Below, piece by piece: positions 21,634 through 34,232 of a DNA stretch of 64,000 bases (position 1 is the stretch's first letter; each line of letters starts with the position of its first letter). Both the position numbers and the translations under genes were made by a program. The notes under the pieces are model-generated. The model was not told where the DNA came from and made no database searches. It saw only the letters and a program-made list of their open reading frames with translations. The stretch is from Paramoeba atlantica (lineage: Eukaryota > Protista > Discosea): assembly GCA_977017575.1 (NCBI GenBank), contig CDRNVI010000030.1:1-64000 (forward strand), written 5' to 3'.

Positions 21634-22491
21634 CTAACGATCATGTAAAGTTATCTGAGTACCGCTCACGCACAGCGAGGGGATGTTGACAATGGCTTTG
21701 TCGACTTCCCCGTAAAGATCCGTGTTGTCCGCCAAACTAAATGAAAGTAAGAATTCAGGAAGATGGTCAAACGTCACAGCACCACTGAATTGATTTCCCT
21801 GACATTCGAAATACTGAAGTGATGAAGGCAAGTGTTCTAAATTCAACGGTCCTGTAAAACGATTGTGCGAAATATTCAAGTGTTCCATGTTGGAGGGTAA
21901 GCCAGTAAGATCGACTTGACCAGAAAGTTGATTCGAATTAACTTGAAGCCACTTCAAATTCAAAGGCAGGTGGATGAGGTCCAGATCCCCTTCAAAGTTG
22001 TTTTCGTGCAAAATAAGCATATCCATTGCGCCATGCGAATGGGGCAGATCTAATGAGCCCGAAAACGAGTTGACGCATACGTTCAACATTGTCATTTGTA
22101 AAGGCAAAACATCAAGTGGCATGCTTCCGGTAAATTTGTTATCCCATCCAGCAAACTCACGTAGTGTACGGCATAGATAATTCCATTCCAATGACCCCGA
22201 GAGACCCATAAACATCCACATTATTTTTGACACGTGTAATTCAGCATCACAATTCACACCCTTCCAATCACATGCATGGGTGGACGTATTCCATGAAGGA
22301 TCCAAATTCGAAATATTTTGGACGAATCGTGCAAGTTCATATTCTTGTGGTAAATTTGCTCCCCGTACTCTATGCGCCTTTGTTGTCCCACCCGGAGGAG
22401 GGATATATGTGTCCTCATTTCGCTTTCTACGTTTCGTAGAGCGTCCATCGTCCTGTGTCCAAGAAGAGATTATCACAAGAGAGGTGAGCAT
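21634..22491 (-). CDS. LRR protein 4 (~285 aa), KRRKR subfamily
   Basis: TQDDGRSTKRRKRNE, HRVRGANLPQEY, HACDWKGVNCD cap, six to seven 23-aa repeats, GTQI end. First ATG is at 22491. Confidence 0.9.
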   Translation of the reverse strand: MLTSLVIISSWTQDDGRSTKRRKRNEDTYIPPPGGTTKAHRVRGANLPQEYELARFVQNISNLDPSWNTSTHACDWKGVNCDAELHVSKIMWMFMGLSGSLEWNYLCRTLREFAGWDNKFTGSMPLDVLPLQMTMLNVCVNSFSGSLDLPHSHGAMDMLILHENNFEGDLDLIHLPLNLKWLQVNSNQLSGQVDLTGLPSNMEHLNISHNRFTGPLNLEHLPSSLQYFECQGNQFSGAVTFDHLPEFLLSFSLADNTDLYGEVDKAIVNIPSLCVSGTQITLHDR

Positions 22492-22829
22492 CAATTAGAA
22501 CGCGATATAAATAATACGTTTCTGCTAATGATCCTTGCGCAAAGAATAATGGTGCCTACGCTAAGGGAAGAAAAAAATCTTGATATACAGCGAAATGAAA
22601 TCCCCATGCATTTCTTACTCTTTCTGCGAATAATAGGATTACCCCCTAAATAAAAGTCTGTGAATATACAGAACTGTATTTGTTTACCAATGTTAACTAC
22701 TTCGTACCCAAAAATTTATTGATTTCTAATTTCTAGCATAACTTCAAATGCATGCAAATTGTGCAGCGTGTAAAGAGGGACCATACAGGATACTGATTTA
22801 TTCTTACAGATAAGTACTTCAAATAAGTA

Positions 22830-23680
22830 CTGCCCCCCCCCACTTAAGCGCAACCGGGTTTTTGGCCGAAAATTGCGTTTAAGTAGCCGGGTCAGAAATA
22901 CCTCAAGGGGAAAAGATATTTCGGACAAAAAAACATAAAAGAAGTCGCGCCGCTTCGCGGCGCGGATATCATCTGTGCTTCTTAGTATTTGTGTTGTCTA
23001 CTTATGTTTCGTGAGTCATCTTCTAATCGGTCCCGGCTTCAAACTGTTCCTCACCTTCGTGTCCTCGGTAAGTGCGGGGGGGGATGGGATGGGGTACAAC
23101 ATGTTTGACGATTCTGTGTATTTGCATATTGTAGCTACGATTCGTTAAAAGAAACAGAAAACGACTAAAAGTGAAGTTGCTTTAAAAAGGAGACTGCTTG
23201 TAAATTATTTTTTAACAACTTTTGTAGGCGCAGTAATAAATTTATACATGTATATCCATGTATATTTATGTATGATGCAGTAGAAGGCTGTAGTAGTACA
23301 CAGCGATACGGGGATGGGGCTCCTGTATCCGTACCCAGTCAGTCAATTTTCTAGTTTGTGCTGAGGATTGAGCTGAAGGTGGGGAGAGCAATGAAGGGGG
23401 TTGAATGGGGGGGGGTGACATTCTCTGCTGAGGATTGAGCTGAAGGTGGAGAGAGAACCATAATGGAAAAAAACCAAAAAAATAAAAAAAAGCTAGCCAG
23501 AGTGTAATGAGTCGATGAACAAAAAATCGTACATGCCATAAAAAAAATATAAAGCGATATACAACTATAAAAAAATCATCTAAAAAAAATCGCGCCCCTT
23601 CGCGGCGCCGTGTTCGTCATGCCTCAATATTGCGCTTAAGTAGCCGTGTCAAACGGTTGCGCATAAGTGGGCGGGGACAG
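22830..23680. mobile_element. 851-bp TA-flanked non-autonomous element
   Basis: TA|CTGCCCCCCCCCACTTAAGCGCAACCG ... CGGTTGCGCATAAGTGGGCGGGGACAG|TA; related subterminal sequence at 40325-40470. Confidence 0.75.
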
Positions 23681-24699
23681 TATTTCTTCATTTATTTTTG
23701 CCTAAAAGATCTGTTTTTGAATGAATTTCTAAAACAGTTTTCTAAAAAATCTGGTTTGAATGAGTTTCTTCATTATTTTTGTCTAAAAGATCTGTTTTTT
23801 AAGGGGAAAAACCTAACTTTGGGGGTGCACGGAGGGGGTCTAGGGGCCTCTGGGGATGAAAAAATACGTGAAACGTTCCACTTTTTTGAGATCTGTCGAA
23901 TGCTGAAGGAATTAGGTCAAAAGCTCTTATGGTGTACTCTGTGGCCTAGGGGGCAAACGTTGTGTCCTGGACTGTACATATTTTGGATGATACATGTTTT
24001 GTGTGGCAATCAACAATATGTCTAAAAAGTAAAGAGAAAGTGAAAACCACAGAAACTGAACTCATAAATGCCAAAAAGGAGCTGGAGTCGGAGTATACGG
24101 GCCTCGATCCCTTTTCCCTCACCGTAAAATGTATCCCTATTGAGGTCAACAAGGAAAGCTGTAGAACGCTTTTTTTCATACTTTGGAAAGATAGCTAAAA
24201 TAAGGCTTCGGTCAAACAAGCTCAATATTTGAGCAGGCGAAACGTGTTGAACACGCATGCCGATGCGTGCAAGCACATTTAAAGGGGAAAAATAAAAAGC
24301 GAAAGGAATGAGATTAAGATTGGTAAGGATTCATTGAAACCTTGAACTTCAAGGGTTCAAAAAAAGTTTTTTAAGGAGTAAATTTTAATATTTCTCTGGG
24401 AATTCCTCCGTGCAGGCTTCTACATCATTTGATCCTCCTTTTCCCCATCAAGGGGAAAAAGCTCAAATCAAAATCATGTAAAAAAGAATTAGAGCGTAGA
24501 TGAGATACCGGCACATACAATGTATCTCAAAGACCCTGCAAATCAGAAGCGTCACGCAGTGCGCAACATGTGTTTCACCATTTTTCAGAGCGTACATACG
24601 TTTGTATATATATTTATAAATAGATGTACGACACTGGATGATCCAGTTAACGGGCATACCATGAAAAAATAGGTTGTATCCAAAGCGCATTGTTTCAAC

Positions 24700-25482
24700 G
24701 AGAAAATTACATACGTCCACTGAGGGTTTGTTGTCCTTCATCCGCACTTACACTATACGAAGAAATGCGACCAAGCGACACACCGATGTCCACAATTATC
24801 GGCCTACCGCGCCCCAAAACTTTCCATGTCAAAGAAGCACAACTGACTTGCGAACTTTGGGAAGGAATCCGGGATGTCGTGAGTATGCGTGAGCTTTTGT
24901 GGTTTGGTAAAAGAAGGAGGATTCGATACCACAAAACATCATCTCGTCATCAACTATTGGACAGCAGCTGAGGCGCCGGTGGAACGGGTACAAGAACGTC
25001 TGCATCAGGTGAATACTCCTGAGCATACGTACGGCAAGATAATGATGGAGACGGCTAACGTCGCGCGTCAAAATCGTCGACAGACTCAATTCCCATTGTA
25101 CGTTAACTGCCGCGCCCCGGGACGTGCGCGAGCTCCCACCTGCGTCCGCCGACTGCTCCCAACTGCGTCCGCCGATTTTCTCCCCGGGGTGGCGAGTGGC
25201 GCAGAGCCGTGGAGAAATGTTTGTCGCATCGAAAAAATTGAAAGCAAGAATGAGACAACTGACTTTACTATTACGGAACTGCCTAATCGCAAGGCTGCAA
25301 GTACCATACTCACCATTGATCTCAGGGCAACCTCCCGGAGTACTGTCACTGTCGCCTGTATTCGACCCTATCGGGGAGTGGAGATACGTAGCCGCAAGCA
25401 ATTAACAGTGGACCATAAGACAGGGTTCGTATCTCCGCAAGGTGTATATACCAATCGTGTTGAACGGGATAATGGTATGTAG
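24700..25482 (+). pseudogene. Merlin transposase remnant 2
   Basis: NVCRIEKIE..ELPNRKAASTIL (shared with remnant 1) and TVDHKTGFVSPQGVYTNRVER (VNH..FV..G..TN..E motif). Confidence 0.75.
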
Positions 25483-26199
25483 AAAGATTCTCTCCGTTCT
25501 CACTTTCGAGGCAATCTTGGGAAGACCGAGCGACACCGAACGCATGAGAAACTCTGAGCATGGTTACGAAGCGAAATTTTACTTTCTGTACGCAATGAGG
25601 TGTCCTTTGTAGAATTTTTAAAGGCGATGAAGTATTGAGGGGCTGCGGGTGTGCATCACCGAACCCGCACCGAACCCGCGCTTTGCATTTGAGGTCGAAC
25701 GAGGTCTATTTTAGCCTAAAAAAATGGATTGTACACGTACAAAGTAGCTTAAAGTGTAGTTTGTTTAGTTTGCTACCGTACATAGCCGCCTTACTGTGAA
25801 AATACGGTGTACGCTGTATACGGTGCTGTATACGAACGGTGTATGTATTACACAAATCAAATGTATAATTAATATACCCTCCACAATACATGCATAATTC
25901 TTTTACATTATCCTCCTTTTTATATGATGAGCCCTGTTGAGAGCAACGAAGATTTCACTTCACGTATGAAGGTAACATCTGCGAGGGATGATGACGTATA
26001 CGACGTCATTGTCGCATCGCTTATGCGCACCTTCACGAAGCGCAAAACTCCTTTCGCCCCCCCAGCGCTCGTTGTCACTGAGGAGGAGTTGGGAGCCAAG
26101 GTGGAAGAATGCATGAGGCGCGTATCGCGCACGATGGACAGCTACTTACATGCCACACGCTCTGTGTGTGGCGGGAAGGTTAGCTCCCAAGTGCTGCAG

Positions 26200-26560
26200 C
26201 GTGCCATCTTCCACCTTGTGGAGCGCCGAGGACACCTTCTCTTGGATTGTCTGCCACGAGGGGCAACCTTTATAAACCTTTATATCATTCTTTTTTTATT
26301 GTTCCATTCAAGGCACCATGCAAAGGTTGCCTTGATGAACACCAGGATCGGTTCAACCGCATGCATTCTTGGATTCGTTCAAGAATCGAGCGTTGTTTCG
26401 CTCATTTCGATAAATTTCGTTTTTTTCATGGAACGGACCACGATATTACGTGGGTAAAGGATGCCGTTCAGATTGTATCTGTTGCAGTTTATGGTTTGCT
26501 TGCATCAGAACCCCAGTACGACTTTGATAGTGAAATAAATGTACACTTACAAAATATCGA
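26200..26560 (+). pseudogene. PIF/Harbinger (IS5-like, DDE_Tnp_4-type) transposase remnant
   Basis: LDEHQDRFNRMHSWIRSRIERCFAHF matches the FN..HS..R..IER.F motif that carries the catalytic Glu. Confidence 0.7.
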
Positions 26561-27254
26561 TGACTCATCTTTTTGTTGGTGTAGCAAAGGGTGTGGTTTA
26601 GTCAAACCGATTGATCAACGGAGGGATTGGCTCAACACATATACGATGTGGGATATGTTCCCAAGAAACCACAGCATGGATCAAAAACTAAATAAAATTA
26701 AGTATCTAGTCGTTTTCGATGAATTGCGAAATGTAAACTACGTAGTCATATCGTATACATGGCTTATAAAGTTTTGTTATTATCGTATATTATGTACACT
26801 ATGTATGTCGCACATTATGATTTCTCCTTCGATCTAACTATTTTTCTCTTTCAATGTCTGCAGCTCCGACTAATTTCGCATGCTTTCAGAGGATTTTTTT
26901 TCAACCTGCGACCCGCAACCCCTCTATTATAAAGAGAACAGAAACAAGCGCCATGCGGCACTAGAAGCTTACCGTAGTTTTGTATATGCCGCTGAGGATA
27001 AGAGGGTTGAAACTAGGGATTTACGATTCCGACCGATCCCGGTCGATTGAATCCCTGTCCTGATTGAATTTACGTGGAAGAAAAGACTTGGTGAAAACGA
27101 GAGTTCTAGAAGAACTCCTGGGATCCGGAAGTGCAATATGCATTACGACGGCTATGTCTCTACTTCGTTGACGGGTCAACCAATTGGCCCCCACTTCGTT
27201 GACAGTAAATCCGACTGTCAACGAAGTGGCTCTTTTGGCGATTTTTCTTTTTTA

Positions 27255-27349
27255 GGCTCTTCGTTAAACGCGGTGGTAGTTTTGAACACGAAGCACGCAT
27301 CATGAGTGACTTCTAAGTTGAAAACAACCACCGTGTTTAACGAAGAGCC
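27255..27349. mobile_element. 95-bp-core foldback element, copy 2 (opposite orientation)
   Basis: TA|GGCTCTTCGTTAAACGCGGTGG ... CCACCGTGTTTAACGAAGAGCC|TA. Confidence 0.8.
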
Positions 27350-27559
27350 TAATTCACAGTTCGAGGTCAAAAGGGACTTTTTTCCCCCAAAAACTTTTAA
27401 CCTCGTACTTCCCTTAAAGAAATGTACCAAACAAGAAAATTTATGAGCTCTACCTTGATTCCGGTTCTGAGCCTGGAAAATAATTTTTCAGTCGGCTGGT
27501 GTTTTCCGATGAATCTTGGATGGAGGCAGGGGATTTTTCAAGAGGCGCGTGGCGAAGCG

Positions 27560-27700
27560 AAACTGATATTATTTATAAATCAGGGAACGCATTATCCGAC
27601 AAAAATAATAATTTGCGGGGCCATTGCAGGTAACGGGCATGTTTTTTATCATTGGTGCGATTTTACGAAATTTCTGACGAATTTTTCATCTACTGTAAAC
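27560..27700 (+). pseudogene. Possible Tc1/IS630-like transposase fragment
   Basis: QGTHYPTKIIICGAI resembles the HPxKxMVWGAI motif; nothing else recognisable. Confidence 0.35.
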
Positions 27701-27939
27701 GAATTGAATCGTAAGTGTCCAATTTCAGAACGTGAAATCAAGCGTGCCTGCGAAGCTTATTACGACAATACAAAAAAGGCTACGTGTTTATTAGGACGAT
27801 ACTTGCTTCTTACGAGCAATGCCTAGCTAGCTCGCTGCTTAAGCCCGGTTCGCCCCTCTTAATGTAAAGGGTTGATTACCCAAAAATATTTTTTTTGGCC
27901 CCGTTTTCTTCGGCTTCGCAGGCCAAAGTTTTCCTTTTA

Positions 27940-28000
27940 GTCGCTTCGTTAAACGCGGAGGTAGTTTTCAACGCGAAGCGCGCAGCATGAGTGACTTCTA
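27940..28000. repeat. Partial 95-bp-core foldback element
   Basis: GCTTCGTTAAACGCGGAGGTAGTTTTCAACGCGAAGCGCGCAGCATGAGTGACTTCTA. Confidence 0.7.
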
Positions 28001-28234
28001 TATTGCAAGCGAAGAGTCGCTTAAAGAAGCGACTAATTGAATGTTCTGTGAATTCGAAGTATTTTGTTTTCCTTTGTGCTTCCCCCAATTTTTAGTCTAT
28101 TAGTATCTATTAAAGGGGGTCACAGTACTTATAATCCACTCGAACGAATTAAACCCTCGAATAGGTCTATACACTACACTGTATACAAAGAACGTTTTTA
28201 TACGGTCTGGGAAGTTCGGATTATTATTATTACA

Positions 28235-29062
28235 TTATTTTATGTTCGAAGAAATGTTAGTACCGCTCACGAGAACGTGCTTCAAATTTTTAGGGAGTAG
28301 TGCCTTGTCCACATCCCCATAAAGTTTCGCATTGTTTACCAAATCAAGTTCAACTAAGTGTTCCGGAAGACGATCAAATTTCACAAGACCACTGAATCGA
28401 TTGTTGTGGCACCTGAAAAAACGAATGGCTGGGGGCAAACGTTGTAAATCAAGGGGCCCAGTGAAAAGGTTCTGCGATGAGTTCAGGTGTTCCATTTCGT
28501 CCGGCAAGTGCGTAAAGCCAACCTCCCCACAAAGCTGATTATGGGCAATTTGCAACCGTGTCATAGTCGAAGGCAAATGGGTGAGATCCAAATACCCACG
28601 AAACTTGTTCTCGGTCAATAATAGTGCTTCCATTCCGCAAGGCGAATGAGACAGATCGAGTTCTCCTGAAAATTTGTTGTTTTCTATGTCAAGATAAATC
28701 ATTTGCAAAGGTAATACATCAAGTGGAACAGTTCCGGTAAGTCTGTTTCGCCATAACGTAACCTCGCGTACTGTGTGGCATAAATATTGCCATTTCAATG
28801 ATCCTGAAAGAGACAGATAACCCCAACTAATCTTTGTCACTTGTAATTCAGCATTACAAAACACATGATTCCAATTGCATGCAGGGATGGACGTATCCCA
28901 TGAAGCGACAGGATTCATAGTATCTTGGATAAATTGTGCGAGCTCATATTCCTGTGGCAGCTTGGCGCCTCGCACCTTACCTGGACGTTTCGCATGCGAA
29001 TTGAGATTGATATCGTCGGCACACGACCCAAAAAAGACGCTTAAGGAGTTTACGGGGGACAT
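28235..29062 (-). CDS. LRR protein 5 (275 aa)
   Basis: KRPGKVRGAKLPQEYEL, SWDTSIPACNW..VFCN, 23-aa repeats, GTNI end. Confidence 0.9.
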   Translation of the reverse strand: MSPVNSLSVFFGSCADDINLNSHAKRPGKVRGAKLPQEYELAQFIQDTMNPVASWDTSIPACNWNHVFCNAELQVTKISWGYLSLSGSLKWQYLCHTVREVTLWRNRLTGTVPLDVLPLQMIYLDIENNKFSGELDLSHSPCGMEALLLTENKFRGYLDLTHLPSTMTRLQIAHNQLCGEVGFTHLPDEMEHLNSSQNLFTGPLDLQRLPPAIRFFRCHNNRFSGLVKFDRLPEHLVELDLVNNAKLYGDVDKALLPKNLKHVLVSGTNISSNIK

Positions 29063-29395
29063 ACGAGATTTTTATTGATACAGATGATTATTGATACAGA
29101 TGTATAAAAGCGTAGTTCAGAATCAAAACAATGAACGGAAATGCGCGAAATCTGAGTAATTCCTTTTCTGAGTGTTTATGAAAAAACCTATGAATAATTA
29201 ATTCTTTGGATATGGTTTGCTAACCATAATCGAATGATAAAGAACGGAAATGCACGGCATTTAGATAATTCCGTGTTTACATAGTGACGCTATTCACAGT
29301 GTGCATGAAAAAAGGAAGAAAACACAAAATTTCTTTTTGGGAAAAGGAGATTCGAGTCTCCTACTCCTAGGCCCTCATGCACTTGAAAAGAATTA

Positions 29396-29708
29396 CCGTA
29401 TACCCCCCAGTAAGAGAATGGGTTTTGAATCGAAATGGCCTAATCTCTCTTACTGGGGGGGTATGCTTTTTTGGCCAGTTTTGCCTTTTCTCCCAACTTT
29501 TTTGACTATTGTTTCTATTTGGTCTTCTGAAAACGTGTTAAAACGCTATTTGGGTTACTCCCGAGGCCCCCAACATGCGGACACCCACCCCCTATCACCT
29601 ATACGCCCCCTGTGGGGCTCCCGAGCCAAATCTCTCTTACTGGGGGTCAGCCCAAAAAGGGCCGAATCTCTCTTACTAGGGGGGGTACCTTACTGGGGGG
29701 GTATACGG
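29396..29708. mobile_element. CCGTA-terminus MITE, copy 3
   Basis: TA|CCGTATACCCCCCAGTAA ... TTACTGGGGGGGTATACGG|TA. Confidence 0.85.
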
Positions 29709-30014
29709 TAACGATCCAAATTGTGAGGAGTGGTTGCGAAACACATGCGTGGCAGTTTTGTTAGCGTGGCTATAGACTCGGGTAGAACTCACGGAAGGAC
29801 TACGTCTGTCATATGCATTTGGACATGGGGAAACAAGGTCGAGATCTCCTCGCGGTTTTCCCGGGAACTGCCATCTCACTGATGGTACAGACGCCGACGA
29901 ACTAGTTCTCCGCAAGCTTTTGACACCTTCAACGGACGCAGGCCATCCGCCGCGCCGTGACAGCCGTCCAGAGGGGACAGTTTATTATTACTCCCTCATT
30001 AAGTTTTACAAATT

Positions 30015-30930
30015 GCAAAGGTTGCATAACTACCGCTCTACCTTGATTAATAAACAACAGTGAACAAAAACAGCGAAAATATAAGAGGAACACAGTCATA
30101 AATTTAATAAAGGTGTTCCGGTGGTCCAAAATTGAAAACAAAATCAAAAAATGGGGGGTCCATTGGAGGGGTAGTGGTATACAATTTCTTTTAAAATATA
30201 TTTTTATAAAAAGACGCAGAAGGGGTAGCCGGGGTCTTGGCGCGCATTTTCCACCCCCTACCCGGGGATGACGCCCCTTGGCATCCACAGGACGGGTCCG
30301 CCATGTTCGGATTTTTCACGATTTTGTTTTTCGAGAAACAATTCAACTCGGCGGAAAAACTGGTAAAAAGTTTCAAAAAATTGTGAAAAATCCGAACTTG
30401 GCGCACCCGTCCTGCGGATACCCATCATGGGGTATCTACTCCCGGGTAGGATGTGGAAAATGCGCGCCAAGACCCCCGGCTACGCCTTCTGCGCGGCTTT
30501 TTCGAATTAGTCTTTTAAAAGAAAATTCGTGCGGTATGCCCCCCCATGGACCCCCCCGATAGAGCATGACATGGAAACTACTTTTCGGAATCAATTTTAA
30601 ATCCCATATACATGTACGTGTATATCCCATACATGTATACATACATGTATGTTTTCGTGTATATACGTGTATGTTTTCGTGTATATACATGCATGTTTTC
30701 GGCCTGTACTTATGTATCGTAGGATTGCTCGAGTTTTCGGTCAAATTGAACCAAATTTGCACGCTCTTCAAAGGTTTGCTTAATATGCTTAATATTGGAC
30801 TTATACAAACGTCTTTAAAAAACGCACTTAAAAAGGTGTGCAAACATGATTCAATTCCTCCCATTTCTCCAAGTATTTGCATGCACTTGTTTTTCAATAA
30901 TCGAGGATTGAGAGGTAGTAAGTAAACCAA
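30015..30930. mobile_element. Long-arm foldback element (~0.9 kb)
   Basis: 30195-30320 is the inverted copy of 30385-30500; the outer ends carry AACTACCGCTCTACC..ATT (left) and AATAATCGAGG..GAGAGGTAGT (right). Confidence 0.65.
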
Positions 30931-31250
30931 TGTAATTTATTTATCAATGTAGGTATGCATCTCGATTCCATTCAAAGTCTAGTGGGCAACACACACTAAA
31001 GTAGGAATCTTTTTTACTAGCCCAGTAATGTTTCATAGATGCTGTTGATCAAATAGCGTTGATCATCGCGCGTTTGAATTTATTACTCACTTTCGCAGGA
31101 ACTATTCAAAAATGTATTCTTCGCCCTTTCGAACGCTTTGAATAAGCCCGAGTTCTGAACTTCAGTTTTCATGAAAACTGAACATCGAATGGAGAAAGTC
31201 GACACACCATTTTTTATCGTGTCATTAGGATCCGCGCCTCCTCGGTAACG

Positions 31251-32063
31251 CTAAACATTTTTAAAACGAATTTCTGTGTTCCTAAAATCTACAGACCGTA
31301 AATTCTGAGGAAGCGCTGATTTGTCAACCTCACCAGAGAGAGCGTTGTTGTTATGTACAGAAATAAATAGTAATTTTTTCGGCAGACAGTCGAACGAAAC
31401 CAAACCAGAGAAAGCATTAAATTGGCAACAAAAATAGGAAAGTGACGGAGGCAAATGTTGAAGCAGAAGAGGTCCCGTGAAACAATTGTGACTCAAATAA
31501 ATTTCTTGCATTTTATCGGGGAAATGAGAAAGATCAACTGCCCCTGAAAGCCTATTATGGTTAAGATGCAAAGATCTTAATACTCGAGGGAACTTTGTAA
31601 GATCTACGCTTCCCTCAAATTGGTTGTTATTCAACTCCAGTACCCGCAGTGTACGAGGCAACTGGGTAAAGTTTAACTCACCAAAGAAAGCGTTGTAGGC
31701 TAAATTCAAATCGACAAGCTGGGCGGGCAGCGCCTCCAGCGCAACCGACCCCGTGAGTGTGTTGCCATGAACGTCACAATATTGTATCTTAAACGGTAGG
31801 TTCTCCAACGGGAGTGTGCCCCCCAGTTTCATGGAATTCCATTCGATTCGGGTCACGTGCTGATCCGCATCACAACTCACTCCTTTCCATTTACACGCAG
31901 ATGCTCGTTTGAGTTGTCCAAACATATTCTTTTTTGTTGCACGCCATGATTTATGCTTTTGAGTAATGTTGGAAACCAGCTTTTCGAGCATATTAACTTG
32001 AGGTAACGCAACCCGAGTCGTTGATTTCACCCGATCGAGACTTATATCGGAGCCGTCATCCAT
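31251..32063 (-). CDS. LRR protein 6 (270 aa), subfamily B
   Basis: MDDGSD, ALPQVNMLEKL, KSWRATKKNMFGQLKRASACKWKGVSCD, 23-aa repeats. Confidence 0.9.
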   Translation of the reverse strand: MDDGSDISLDRVKSTTRVALPQVNMLEKLVSNITQKHKSWRATKKNMFGQLKRASACKWKGVSCDADQHVTRIEWNSMKLGGTLPLENLPFKIQYCDVHGNTLTGSVALEALPAQLVDLNLAYNAFFGELNFTQLPRTLRVLELNNNQFEGSVDLTKFPRVLRSLHLNHNRLSGAVDLSHFPDKMQEIYLSHNCFTGPLLLQHLPPSLSYFCCQFNAFSGLVSFDCLPKKLLFISVHNNNALSGEVDKSALPQNLRSVDFRNTEIRFKNV

Positions 32064-33126
32064 CTTTCGTGTCGCTTAATCTATTGTACAAAGGTTGTGC
32101 TGTGAAAGATTCAACGAGTCGTTAAACATGAGCTGAAAACATGAGCTGTTCAAAAAAATAGGGAAAAAAGTTGTTAGTTCAGTGTTTAGAAAGATATAAA
32201 TTTTAGTCGTTTGTTTACGATTCCCAAAAAGGAATTTTTGGAAACAAAAAATGTATACAACAGTATTCAATGTACAAGACATGAAAAAGAAGACATGCAC
32301 CCCGTTCTAAAATAATGAAACGATTCCCTAGAGAACTACGTCAATTTATTTTGAATAAGTTAAGAAAGTTGGAAAGACCAGGAAAAAGCCTTTCAACTCC
32401 ATTGTAAAACCATGTGCCGAAGCGGGTTTATTCCTTCAGTTGTTATTCTTTCAACTGTTATTCAACTTTTCATTTAAGTGACGTGATTTAACTAATTCGG
32501 TCAACTTTGCCTACATGCAATCATCCTAGAGGCCGAGTCATTGAACCTTCTAAAAAAATGTCAAAAAAAACTACGCGAACCTATGCAAATCTACACGGAT
32601 TACCACGAACCTACACAGCTCGTGACGGATCAACACGAACTTACACAGACCTACTGCATACGCTCCTATGATATCCAAATCAAGGCATTACTTCTTCTTT
32701 ATCCTTTCCTGAACTGCAAAAGTGATTTAATGCGTAGCTTGTGGAAGAGGCCGAATCGTTACAAGTAATTCGGCCAGCTGAGATGAAAGCACAACGCTCT
32801 AGTGCTTTCTATCCTTTTTACGCATGATGCAAGCTGCATAAAGCTTGCCTGTGGGGGATGTGAACGTTTGCATTCAAAATTTAGGGATTATGGAGTTCGT
32901 AATGGTGAAACAGTCACCATAAAGTCCGACCATCAGGATGGGCGATGCGGGTCATAAGGACACTACAAAGCGTTGGATGAAGCGACGTATGAGGAGACAG
33001 GCGACGTTGATACACTTTGTAGATCATCCATACAGGGAGTGTGTATCACTCGTCATGACTCCCGAGCTTGTCCCTGGGAACAACGCAGATGCTGACACTC
33101 GTTCAAATTTTCTTCAGCCATGCTCC

Positions 33127-33620
33127 ATGAAGCGAATGGGGCTTACCATCCGTAGTGAGCTCGTTCAAGTCCTCCCTGGTGCCATTCTCTTTTACAAGGC
33201 ATGGATGCCCATTGGCCCCGACAGCCAATGCCCCGACAGCCAGAAATTGAGACACAGCTCGCGGAGTTAATGCGCGGAGCTAAAAGCGGTGAACCATTGA
33301 GCCACATCGTTTCCCAGCCGGTTCTCTGTGCACCCAGGAAACGACATTAATCGCGAATCCAGAAGTCCTGGAGTCCCCGAACCCGGGAGCAGAAGAACAA
33401 AAGAGTGACCGAGCCCCAAAAGAGATGACAGGGGCTTTTCGTGGCACCAGCGGGACTCGCGAAAATCCGCGATGTGCTCCTCTTCTTCACCAGTGTCTAG
33501 CACAGAGCGGTTTCAGCGTTGAACCTGGTTAAAGCAACACGTCAAGCCCACTGTGCGGGAGGCGGTAGGCACCCGCCCAGATGCGGTGCACTACGTAAAA
33601 ACTTCAAGAGGAATTACCAT
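33127..33620 (+). pseudogene. Decayed paralog of the 19871 ORF
   Basis: MKRMGLTIRSELVQV.. start; GTRENPRCAPLLHQCLAQSGFS then frameshift to WLKQHVKPTVREAVGTRPDAVHY. Confidence 0.7.
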
Positions 33621-34232
33621 CGAACACCCGGCTACCCAATCTGGGTATAAAGCGGTTGATCCGACCTTTGCTCCATCTGGCAGTGCACATATGAGTCATA
33701 TTCAATGTAGGGTCCTAAATTGACAATAATAACATCGGGCCCTAAATAATATAGGGTAGCATACTATACCTCCTTCAAGGGATTTGCAGTTCCTGCATCG
33801 CCACGCAGGAGGCAAAGATGAAGAATTTGCTGAACGTTTTGGAGAACGAGCGAATTCGCCCCGTTTTATTTGACGAAATTTACGAGTATTATTCGCATTA
33901 TAAATAAGATTAAACGCATTATAATACCTTCCGGGCTAAGTTAGTCACTTACACAATGAGCGTGTAAGTTAGCCACTTACGCAATTTACAGAGAGTACGA
34001 AATATTCTTTGTCCACTTTTTGGCTTTTTAAACCAATGACGTTCAAATGTGTGCTGTCAATGAGATGACAGTGCCAGGGAAGTACGCGAGGATGTCCTGA
34101 CTTTGCTGCCCCATTTAGAGGTGGTCAAAGGCTTTCGGAGAAAGCAACTTTACAGAAACGATATCTTTGTCGTTTGAGTAGTTTTCGTACTCTTATCCCC
34201 CCGTACACACAGGGGTAGTATACAAGTATGTA

